This document shows, piece by piece, positions 20,835 through 28,341 of a DNA stretch of 64,000 bases. Made by a program: the position numbers and the translations under genes. Location of the stretch: the IMG/VR virus record IMGVR_UViG_3300050821_001858, positions 32,001 to 96,000 of that record; one strand, given 5' to 3'. A model generated the notes under the pieces. That model did not search any database. It was not told the origin of the DNA and saw nothing but the letters and a program-made list of their open reading frames with translations. Positions within the stretch are counted from its first letter, which is position 1. Each line of letters begins with the position of its first letter. The stretch comes from a virus.

Positions 20835-21602
20835 ATGACTACATTTACCCCCAGAGTGTGCGACATTTCCCACTATGAATGGATTGATAATGACAATGGA
20901 TTTGGGAAGGCGCAAGCTGCTGGTCTATGGGGTATTATATCAAAAGCCACTCAGGGAACATCATCAAAAGATCAATATTACTTGTCACGTCGAGTAGCTG
21001 CTAAGAAAGCCGGATTGCTTTATGGTTCTTATCACTTCAATGACGGGGAAAATGTACAGAAACAGGTTGATTATTATCTAGCCTATGCTGATCCTCAACC
21101 CGATGAATTAGTATGTCTAGACTATGAGGCAAATCCTGCTTCTGATATGTCTATTAATCAAGCAGTAGAATTTCTTCATCGAATAGAAGAAAAGTTAGGT
21201 CGTAAAGCAGTTATCTATTCTGGTAACAAACTTAAGGAAACGATTAGTCGCCTTTCTGCTACTGATCAAGCTTATGTTGCTTCGCATCGTCTTTGGCTTG
21301 CTCAGTATTCGTATACAGCAACATTGCCTCATGGGTTTAAAAACTGGTGGCTTTGGCAATATACTGGCGATGGTGCTGGTCCGACCCCTCATTGGGTGAA
21401 CGGAATTACCGCTCCCGGCAACAAAGGACTTGACTTGAACATATTTTCTGGTACACTGGATGAACTGAAAGCAACATGGTCGGGACTACCCACTCAGGTA
21501 GCAAATGTACAACCAACGGTAGTGGCACCATCAATTGTTCCTTCAGTACCGGTAGCTAACGTTGTACCAACACCAACAAAGCATTGGTGGGATGTATTCT
21601 AA
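20835..21602 (+). CDS. GH25 lysozyme/muramidase
   Basis: DISHY, KATQG, GSYHF, LDYE, LWLAQY, WQYT, DLN; upstream CTAAATA. Confidence 0.92.
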   Translation: MTTFTPRVCDISHYEWIDNDNGFGKAQAAGLWGIISKATQGTSSKDQYYLSRRVAAKKAGLLYGSYHFNDGENVQKQVDYYLAYADPQPDELVCLDYEANPASDMSINQAVEFLHRIEEKLGRKAVIYSGNKLKETISRLSATDQAYVASHRLWLAQYSYTATLPHGFKNWWLWQYTGDGAGPTPHWVNGITAPGNKGLDLNIFSGTLDELKATWSGLPTQVANVQPTVVAPSIVPSVPVANVVPTPTKHWWDVF

Positions 21603-21660
21603 GAGATCGGGGCTAAGCCCGATTGGTGGAGCGCGCTTAGGCTGAGCCTACGCCCCTAGA

Positions 21661-21686
21661 CCCCTCAGAGAAATCTGGGGGGTTTT
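21661..21686 (+). terminator. Rho-independent terminator
   Basis: CCCCTCAGA-GAAA-TCTGGGGGG-TTTT. Confidence 0.75.
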
Positions 21687-21938
21687 GACGAACAGAGGGT
21701 TGACAACATGAATGTAGCAGTGTATGATGAAGCTTACGAATGCAAGATAGCGTGTATCCCCCTTGTTAAGGTGGTACCTGATCGAATTGAAGAAGCCCAA
21801 ATGTTCATTAAGGAATTTGGTCGTTTCTGGTTCAAACGTGATGGAAAGAGGATGTACCTTACCTATGTGCCAGGGTGAAAATTTTTTTCACTGAAATACG
21901 ATTTTTGAAAAAATCGACATAAATAGGCTTAAGAGGGG

Positions 21939-21967
21939 TTGACAACGCCGTGCAGGTCGTATAGTAT
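21939..21967 (+). promoter_or_regulatory. Sigma70-type promoter at head of tRNA island
   Basis: TTGACA-N17-TAGTAT. Confidence 0.75.
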
Positions 21968-22000
21968 ATGAACCCTCGAAATTAGGAGTTAACAGTTCAA

Positions 22001-22078
22001 ATGAATTCGGATCGTACATATAGTATTAAATCGTGGTGGCTGAATAGCCCCGTGAATTCATTCGAATTAGATATTTAA
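22001..22078 (+). CDS. Putative leader peptide with tandem Trp codons (MNSDRTYSIKSWWLNSPVNSFELDI)
   Basis: AGGAG at 21984, TGGTGG, followed by mutually exclusive hairpins. Confidence 0.45.
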   Translation: MNSDRTYSIKSWWLNSPVNSFELDI

Positions 22079-22197
22079 CTCGACAAGGCGCTTCGGCATC
22101 TTGTCTGGTTAAAGGGACAAGATGCCGGGACCAAAAAATCCCCAAATCTTATCCCACCAGTCTCCGAAAGTTTTTTCGGGTCGGACTAAAAAAAGTC

Positions 22198-22226
22198 TTG
22201 ACTTTCGTAAAAAAGTTCGATAGGCT
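22198..22226 (+). promoter_or_regulatory. Sigma70-type promoter
   Basis: TTGACT-N17-TAGGCT with upstream A-tract. Confidence 0.6.
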
Positions 22227-22367
22227 GTTGTGATGTTGGGGTGGTCCCGCTCTTTAGGCTTCGTTGCCGGGGGACGAATTGTCTAGTAGGTCGTCTAAAA
22301 CGCTCTGGTTTCTAGCAGTTCTTTATTATGTTTTTCCGAGAGCTATACGTAGCTTTTCGAAAAGCAT

Positions 22368-22443
22368 GCCTTCTAAAGCATTTCTGGTGATGCACTAGTT
22401 TCGTAAGCTAGGGAAAAGGGTCCGAATCCCTTTGGAGGCTCCA
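22368..22443 (+). tRNA. tRNA-Thr(CGT)
   Basis: Cloverleaf, CTAGT-TTCGTAA-GCTAG, T-loop TCCGAAT, CCA. Confidence 0.88.
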
Positions 22444-22666
22444 ATTTCCAAGGGTTATCCATTAAATCGCTCCTATGAGCCTTAGGGCACTTGACATAGG
22501 GTAGCTGTTTGTGGCAAGATAATCTCTTCGTCCCTTGGAATCTTTTAACGTGAGGTATGTATTATGATAGAGTTTAGTTTTGTTTCTTTATACATACTTG
22601 CCGTTGGTATATGTCTCATGTCTTTTGTTCTAGGTATTGCAGTTGGTATAAAAATAGGATGGAACA

Positions 22667-22975
22667 ATGCCCGTAAGAATGACTGATTTGTTTAATGAAG
22701 ATGGTAAGCCACGTCGGCTCATTGAAATTGAACGTGAACAGTTAAAATTCTTAGTGAAACGATGTAATGGAAACGTTGCTCAGATTGCTAAGATCATGGG
22801 TGTTACTCGTAAACAAGCTTATCGACGTTTGTTTAAGACTGGTTTATATACACCTGAGAAACATCGGGTGCATGATAAAGAAACTGGTCAATGGAAAGCA
22901 CCTGTTTTATCAGCTAAACAAGTTGGTAAGGTAAATAAGGTTACACCTAAGGTCAAAGAATATCATTGGACCTAA
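22667..22975 (+). CDS. Fis-like helix-turn-helix protein
   Basis: LIEIEREQL..CNGNVAQIAKIMGVTRKQAYRRL. Confidence 0.75.
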   Translation: MPVRMTDLFNEDGKPRRLIEIEREQLKFLVKRCNGNVAQIAKIMGVTRKQAYRRLFKTGLYTPEKHRVHDKETGQWKAPVLSAKQVGKVNKVTPKVKEYHWT

Positions 22976-22976
22976 T

Positions 22977-23051
22977 GGGGGATTAGTGCTAACGGGAACA
23001 CGACGCACTTGCAATGCGTAATCAAGGGTTCGACTCCCTTATCCTCCACCA
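22977..23051 (+). tRNA. tRNA-Ala(TGC)
   Basis: G3:U70, ACGCA-CTTGCAA-TGCGT, CCA. Confidence 0.93.
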
Positions 23052-23072
23052 TGATTTTAACATGAAGGTTAT

Positions 23073-23495
23073 ATGTTTGGTAAAAATAGTAAAAAACAAG
23101 GTGATAAAGGTTTAGGAGCAGCAATAGCGTATTTTACTGAATGTGAATATACAGTTTGTGTTCCTTTGACTGATAGTCAAGATTATGATTTACTTGTTGA
23201 TACTGGTGAATTCATAAAACGAGTTCAGGTAAGAACAACTTCATATAAAAAACGATCTTTTTATCGTGTTAATCTTCGTGTTATGGGTGGTAATTCAAAA
23301 AAGAATTATATTCATAAAACTGGTGATCAATTGATGTATGATTGGTTATTTGTTTTAATTGAAGATGGTACACAATATCTAATACCTAAAGATGAATTAG
23401 TTGCTAAAAGTTATCTTACTTTAGGTGCAGATAAAAGTAAATATAAAATACGGGAAGGTTTGATAAGGACAGAGGGTTCTGTCGATGCGCTGTAA
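23073..23495 (+). CDS. PD-(D/E)XK endonuclease (intron-associated/homing type)
   Basis: KKQGDKG..P..D..DYDLLVD..KRVQVRT; AT-rich; runs into tRNA-Tyr. Confidence 0.78.
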   Translation: MFGKNSKKQGDKGLGAAIAYFTECEYTVCVPLTDSQDYDLLVDTGEFIKRVQVRTTSYKKRSFYRVNLRVMGGNSKKNYIHKTGDQLMYDWLFVLIEDGTQYLIPKDELVAKSYLTLGADKSKYKIREGLIRTEGSVDAL

Positions 23496-23542
23496 ACGCA
23501 TTCCCTAAGGGCGTGGCGTTCAACTCGACCACCTTCCCACCA
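23452..23542 (+). tRNA. tRNA-Tyr(GTA), atypical D and T arms
   Basis: GGGAAGG/CCTTCCC, ATGCG-CTGTAAA-CGCAT, V-arm, CCA. Confidence 0.78.
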
Positions 23543-23563
23543 TTTTTCGCTTGACAAAAGTTT

Positions 23564-23638
23564 GCCTCTATCGTATAGTGACTATTACACCACCTTTGTA
23601 ACGTGGATACTTCAGTTTGATTCTGAATAGGGGCTCCA
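23564..23638 (+). tRNA. tRNA-Thr(TGT)
   Basis: GCCTCTA/TAGGGGC, loop TTTGTAA, T-loop TTTGATT, CCA. Confidence 0.8.
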
Positions 23639-23660
23639 CTCTAAATTAGGAGAATATATC

Positions 23661-23978
23661 ATGACATTTAGAACGAATATTGTTTTGACGAAAGATACAA
23701 AATCTGAAGATATTGAAAATCAAATGAAAAAAGACTATATTGCTCGACCTCTTAGAGAGGTCGGAGAAGAAGTTCGTCCATTAACAAATTCTAAAACTGA
23801 TGTAATTTATCAAACATTCAAATGTTCAAATTGTGGTTATATTCAAATAGTTGATGTACCAAACACATTTTTTGGTACTGGTGAATGTGAAAAATGTAAT
23901 CATGTAACAAATATGAATGTAGAGGGATGTAATTGTGTCCTTATTCGTGGACCTAAACCTCTTGTATTAACAGAATAA
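23661..23978 (+). CDS. Zinc-ribbon protein
   Basis: CSNCG...CEKC; AGGAG RBS. Confidence 0.65.
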   Translation: MTFRTNIVLTKDTKSEDIENQMKKDYIARPLREVGEEVRPLTNSKTDVIYQTFKCSNCGYIQIVDVPNTFFGTGECEKCNHVTNMNVEGCNCVLIRGPKPLVLTE

Positions 23979-24019
23979 TGACTGGACGTGGCGGTCCTAA
24001 AAACGCTACGATATATAAT

Positions 24020-24094
24020 GCCCATGTAGCTCAGTGATAGAGCGTCCGCCTGAAGAGCGGAGCGTCGGTGGTTTGATTCCATCCTAGGGCACCA
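24020..24094 (+). tRNA. tRNA-Phe(GAA)
   Basis: TCCGC-CTGAAGA-GCGGA; two acceptor mismatches; CCA. Confidence 0.9.
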
Positions 24095-24098
24095 ATAT

Positions 24099-24182
24099 GC
24101 GGGTATGATGTAATGGTAGCCTTGTCGGTTTCAAAAACCGATGTCGAAAGACGTGGGGGTTCGAGTCCCTCTACCCGTACCA
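24099..24182 (+). tRNA. tRNA-Leu(CAA)
   Basis: TCGGT-TTCAAAA-ACCGA, V-arm, CCA. Confidence 0.92.
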
Positions 24183-24580
24183 TTTATGCGGTTCTCTAAG
24201 TACGAGATTGAATTAGGGTGATCCCTTTGCCGCGCCAGTTTATGGGAAGTACTTTCTTCGTGTGGTCGATCCATCACGCAATGTATCAACCTATTTCGCA
24301 TGTCATCATATCCTTGATTGACTTTGTGACACGCTTCCCATACCTTTTAGGAGAGAGTGATGTTACCAGATGGTTTAATGAATATAGATACTTCAGAGTA
24401 TAATGGTAATATTGTCATAGAAATGATGATGAGTTTTTATTGGGGAGAAAATTTTCGAAATACACATACTAATTTAAATCGAATTGGTTGGACAGAAATT
24501 CCGCTGAATATAATGTTTCCTCAAACATATAATGTTCGGGATTATCGACATTACGTTAATCGGTTTTTTTATAAGGATGT

Positions 24581-24781
24581 GTGATGTTTAGTAATGAAGA
24601 TAGAGACTATAAAAATCCTCAGATGTTGACTTCTACTCCACATACAGTTGGAGCGAAATGTTTAGAAATTGATGTGATGAAGTCGTATAATATAAGTTTT
24701 CCTCCTATACAAAATATATGGGGAGGATTTTATCAAACTGTGTCTGTGATAAGATATCTTCGTCAGTTTTTTGATGAATAG
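24581..24781 (+). CDS. Small aromatic-rich protein (dispersed family)
   Basis: Ends YLRQFFDE; stop TAG straddles tRNA-Trp 5' end. Confidence 0.55.
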   Translation: MMFSNEDRDYKNPQMLTSTPHTVGAKCLEIDVMKSYNISFPPIQNIWGGFYQTVSVIRYLRQFFDE

Positions 24782-24853
24782 GTGTGAGCCGGTGGCGGTG
24801 CAGGAAACTCCAAATCTCCATTGCCGAGGGTTCGACTCCCTACACACCTGCCA
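24780..24853 (+). tRNA. tRNA-Trp(CCA), short D-arm
   Basis: AGGTGTG/CACACCT, loop CTCCAAA, G73, CCA. Confidence 0.85.
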
Positions 24854-24859
24854 GTTTAT

Positions 24860-24935
24860 TCCCCCGTAGCTCAGTTGGTAGAGCGAAATGCTGTTAACAT
24901 TAGGGTCGGACGTTCGAGTCGTTCCGGGGGAGCCA
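24860..24935 (+). tRNA. tRNA-Asn(GTT)
   Basis: Canonical cloverleaf, CCA. Confidence 0.94.
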
Positions 24936-24952
24936 TTTTTATAGGACATTTT

Positions 24953-25153
24953 ATGGAGTATATACCTTATGTGGTTAGAATTATGATCAAACAATTTTGG
25001 CATGATCGATGGAAATTGCTCACTAAAGAATATGATTGGGACTACGAATATCTCTTTGGAGAGGGATTAGATTTTCCGGCAATGCCATGGGATCAATTTG
25101 GTCAAGTTCATAATGTAATGATGAAAACAATTTCAGATAGTATATTTTCTTAG
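24953..25153 (+). CDS. Small aromatic-rich protein (dispersed family)
   Basis: AGGA RBS; ends ISDSIFS. Confidence 0.55.
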   Translation: MEYIPYVVRIMIKQFWHDRWKLLTKEYDWDYEYLFGEGLDFPAMPWDQFGQVHNVMMKTISDSIFS

Positions 25154-25157
25154 TTAT

Positions 25158-25232
25158 GGGACCTTCCTCTATCGGCTAGGAGAATCGCCTTTCAAGCGAT
25201 CAAGACGGGTTCGATTCCCGTAGGTCCTACCA
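25158..25232 (+). tRNA. tRNA-Glu(TTC)
   Basis: ATCGC-CTTTCAA-GCGAT, CCA. Confidence 0.93.
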
Positions 25233-25303
25233 AAACATATGCAGTTCGCGGGAACCTGCATTCATTGGCGTCGCCGTGAAAAAATAAAATCCCGCTGAGT
25301 TAA

Positions 25304-25378
25304 GCCTCTTTAGTACTAGTGATAGAACAATCCCTTGGTACGGGATAAGCCTGAGTTTGATTCTCAGAAGAGGCACCA
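25304..25378 (+). tRNA. tRNA-Thr(GGT)
   Basis: ATCCC-TTGGTAC-GGGAT, T-loop TTTGATT, CCA. Confidence 0.88.
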
Positions 25379-25385
25379 GATTTAT

Positions 25386-25463
25386 GCAGCATTGACGGGA
25401 ATTGGTATACCTACTCCGCTTAAAACGGATTGTTTCTCGGTTCGAGTCCGAGATGCTGCACCA
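25386..25463 (+). tRNA. tRNA-Leu(TAA), short variable loop
   Basis: Loop CTTAAAA, A73, CCA. Confidence 0.9.
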
Positions 25464-25469
25464 ATTAAT

Positions 25470-25554
25470 GCGAGAGTGATGGAACTGGTAGACTTGCCGG
25501 TCTAAGAAGCCGGTGCCTTCGGGCGTGGGAGTTCGAGTCTCCCTTTTCGCACCA
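25470..25554 (+). tRNA. tRNA-Leu(AAG) copy 1
   Basis: CCGGT-CTAAGAA-GCCGG, V-arm GCCTTCGGGC, CCA. Confidence 0.9.
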
Positions 25555-25584
25555 AACTTAACCTCAAACAGTGGAGTATATATT

Positions 25585-25797
25585 ATGACTACGAAGAACG
25601 TTAAAGGAATTAAGTTTCATTTGTTCGGTTGTCATGATTTTGATAGACTCGAAGGCGCGGAATATATTGGTGAATTTTCAACTTTAAATGCAGCAAAGAA
25701 ATATGCTGAAGAGGAAATGATTGGAACTGATTATATCTATTTCTTTGTTGTAGAAGTCAAAGCCCAAGGTCCATATGGTGGAGTTGCTTGGAAATAA
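25585..25797 (+). CDS. Hypothetical protein between duplicated tRNA-Leu(AAG)
   Basis: GGAG RBS, MTTKNVKG start. Confidence 0.65.
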   Translation: MTTKNVKGIKFHLFGCHDFDRLEGAEYIGEFSTLNAAKKYAEEEMIGTDYIYFFVVEVKAQGPYGGVAWK

Positions 25798-25802
25798 GTT
25801 AA

Positions 25803-25887
25803 GCGAGAGTGATGGAACTGGTAGACTTGCCGGTCTAAGAAGCCGGTGCCTTCGGGCGTGGGAGTTCGAGTCTCCCCTTTCGCACCA
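25803..25887 (+). tRNA. tRNA-Leu(AAG) copy 2
   Basis: Identical to copy 1 except one base in the acceptor 3' strand. Confidence 0.9.
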
Positions 25888-25899
25888 ATTTAGGATAAT

Positions 25900-25976
25900 G
25901 CGCTAATAGCCCAACGGCAGGAGGCAACGGTCTTAGAAGCCGTACAGTGTCAGTTCGAATCTGACTTGGCGCACCA
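25900..25976 (+). tRNA. tRNA-Leu(TAG), short variable loop
   Basis: ACGGT-CTTAGAA-GCCGT, CCA. Confidence 0.92.
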
Positions 25977-26064
25977 TTTTATGATTGGAAAAAATATTGG
26001 AAAGTATTATTTATGGAACAAATATGACTTTCAAACGTTATCTCCTATAGAAGGGAGGTAACTT

Positions 26065-26286
26065 ATGATAGCAATGGCAATTTCTATCTTATGGTTGCTG
26101 ATTGGTTTGATTGTTATATTAGGTGTAGTATGGCTTGCACTTTATGTTGTTAAGCTATTTACTCCTGTGCCAGATGCAGTTGAAAAAGCTGTTTGGGCAA
26201 TTGTTTTGATATTATGTTTGATTTCAGCCCTAGGCTTACTAGGGGGTGGATCAGTAGGAATACCACATCCACCTTGGATGCATTAA
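26065..26286 (+). CDS. Small two-TM membrane protein
   Basis: GGAGG RBS, hydrophobic, followed by terminator-like hairpin. Confidence 0.75.
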   Translation: MIAMAISILWLLIGLIVILGVVWLALYVVKLFTPVPDAVEKAVWAIVLILCLISALGLLGGGSVGIPHPPWMH

Positions 26287-26457
26287 CTAGGGGGCTTCTT
26301 TGCCCCCTTCCTTTTATTTAAATAAAACGAAGAAATGGGTTCGATTCCCATACTTTTATAGGTCGCGGAAAGCCCGTTCGAAAGGGTAGACACAGACACC
26401 GAAAGTAGAGAGTAATTAACTCGAAATCACTATTAAAGTGAGCCATATGGATACGGC

Positions 26458-26558
26458 ATTCGTTGCTATAAGAGCGGAAACGGAGATTGTTCGAATCCTC
26501 CCTGCGCCGACAGGCGTTGTAGTTTAATGGGCAAAACACCGCTCGCCTATAGCAGAAT
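26458..26558 (+). ncRNA. YrlA/Y-RNA-like circularly permuted tRNA mimic
   Basis: Terminal stem ATTC..TGCTATA/TATAGCA.GAAT, GAGCGG/CCGCTC, then T-arm (GTTCGAATC), loop-closed acceptor stem, D-arm (TAGTTTAATGGGCAAAAC). Confidence 0.7.
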
Positions 26559-26563
26559 TTTAT

Positions 26564-26639
26564 GGGTCATTCGCCAAGTGGAAAGGCACGGGTTTTACAC
26601 GCCCTGATTGCGAAGGTTCGATTCCTTCATGACCTACCA
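26564..26639 (+). tRNA. tRNA-Val(TAC)
   Basis: Loop TTTACAC, CCA. Confidence 0.9.
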
Positions 26640-26689
26640 GATGTCTCGGGAGTGAGAGGGCGACAGTCGAAAATTTTTTGAAAAAATTC

Positions 26690-26718
26690 TTGACTGTCCC
26701 TTCGACTTGCTGTAGAGT
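26690..26718 (+). promoter_or_regulatory. Sigma70-type promoter for large ncRNA
   Basis: TTGACT-N17-TAGAGT, -35 inside an inverted repeat with A/T tracts. Confidence 0.7.
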
Positions 26719-26729
26719 ACTGAAACTGA

Positions 26730-27959
26730 GAACAGAGTTGAGAGAAATCGAAACACAACATAGGAGGCAATCATGTGACCGCAAGGTCATAAACAGCCAA
26801 CAACTTTAATTGTTTTTGTGTGTAAAAGTGTGTAGAGAGTTTAAAGGTTAGGGAGAAATCACGGTTCGAGTCCGTGCGTTGTGGGGAAACCTGCTTTGTC
26901 GTCTAATGGTTAGGACGCTCCCGTTTCTATTCGTCTTTGGACGGATTAGGGCAAGCCCCCCTGAATGTGTGGGTATTAATATCAGAAAGTGTGTTATCAC
27001 AAGGTAGTGTACACTACCTACCTACCGGGAGATAGGTACGCAAGCCTATCTCCCATTTAAAATTATCAGATGTATTACAGATTGGGGGCATAGCCTCGTC
27101 AGGATAAGCCAGGGTGACTTGGTAAAAGCGGTAAGTCTTCCTACAGACCCGCACTATTAGCAATAATAGCCCATCTATGCAGGTCCGGTCTTCCCCGTGA
27201 GGGGCAATCGATGGCATCGGTTGTAAAGCAGGACGGTTAGGTAAGGTCGAAAGATAGGTTCGAGGGTAACACTGTAGAGCCAAGTCCCGAAAGGACACCT
27301 TACGTTCAAACTAACTTACTGTGTATAGATAACGGATAGTGGGATACAGAGCATGAGACTTGCAATCTAATGCGACCCGCAAAATGGAGGATAATGGCTG
27401 ACGTTAACACAGTCGGACAGCATCCAAGAATTTGGTTTAGTAGCTCGCAAGGCGAAGGACAGTTGCCGTGTTGTATTTGGTACCTCAAAAGGGTATTGAG
27501 CAACAGTCGCAGCACGTCAAGTAGGTTTCCGATAATTGAAACTAGGTGTTTCAATCTCACTGTGAATGAGATGTCGGTTGGTTCAAATCCAACTTATCAT
27601 GCAGAAAAAGCAAAGTCTGCGACTGTGTTGAATGAAAGTGGTTTAATCCTATGAGTCCTTTGGACTAACATAGGGGATTTGTTACTCGCAAGGTGACAGT
27701 CTTTGATAGCGTGATTTGTCATAGAGGGTTAGCCCCCTCGAATAGCTCGCAAGGCTAGTGGTGAAAAGCATGTCGAATAGTTCAACATGAAAGAGGTACC
27801 GCCCCCTCTATAATCAAGGCAACCATGTGACGATACTGGATAGTTGTCCAGTGGAAATCGGGGAACCTTTCTTAAATGTGCGCTCCGTCGCCGCATCCCT
27901 CGCAGGATGGAGGATAATCCCGTAAGTTGTCATGTAGAACCCGTATTCTCAGGGTTTTA
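26730..27959 (+). ncRNA. Large ornate ncRNA, GOLLD-like, with embedded tRNA-like modules
   Basis: ~1.2 kb without credible ORF, many GCAA/GAAA-capped hairpins, 3' hairpin AGAACCC-GTATTCTCA-GGGTTTT, located in a tRNA array; family assignment from memory, boundaries approximate. Confidence 0.65.
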
Positions 27960-27964
27960 TCTTT

Positions 27965-28083
27965 TTATCGCGTGGGTGTCCAATGTTCCGATGTGCAGGA
28001 CACATCTGGCTTGACCATTGCGCGGAGTAATCCCAGGTCAAGGAATAACTGATTACCAGTCGGAACAACCTTCCACGCGATAA
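27965..28083 (+). ncRNA. Unassigned structured RNA
   Basis: TTATCGCGTGG/CCACGCGATAA, TGTTCCGA/TCGGAACA, CTTGACC/GGTCAAG, possible GTAATC/GATTAC pseudoknot. Confidence 0.55.
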
Positions 28084-28095
28084 GAGGATAATGAA

Positions 28096-28272
28096 ATGTA
28101 TTTTCAAACAACATCAAAAGCTATTAAGCAATGGTTACTTGATAGTAGAATATCTCTTATCTATGAAAGATATGATAACCCATTTAATGATTTTTTTCTC
28201 CGGTTATATCAAACACAGATTAATAATAATGTACATTTTGTAATTCGACAACATTTATTTACGCGCGATTAA
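28096..28272 (+). CDS. Small aromatic-rich protein (dispersed family)
   Basis: 58 aa read manually, AGAGGA RBS, ends IRQHLFTRD; stop inside tRNA-Val. Confidence 0.5.
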   Translation: MYFQTTSKAIKQWLLDSRISLIYERYDNPFNDFFLRLYQTQINNNVHFVIRQHLFTRD

Positions 28273-28337
28273 CTCATTGGTAGAGTGCAACTTTGACATA
28301 GTTGAAGTAAAAGGTCCGATTCCTTTATCGCGCACCA
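28263..28337 (+). tRNA. tRNA-Val(GAC)
   Basis: CAACT-TTGACAT-AGTTG, T-loop TCCGATT, CCA. Confidence 0.9.
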
Positions 28338-28341
28338 TTAT

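Noticed and set aside
27531-27598. Stand-alone second tRNA-His gene
   Set aside because: Only a 5-bp acceptor stem and no CCA, unlike every other tRNA here; treated as a domain of the large RNA
27014-27654. ORFs 27014-27298, 27306-27560 and 27370-27654
   Set aside because: No RBS or protein-like composition; the region is better explained as structured RNA
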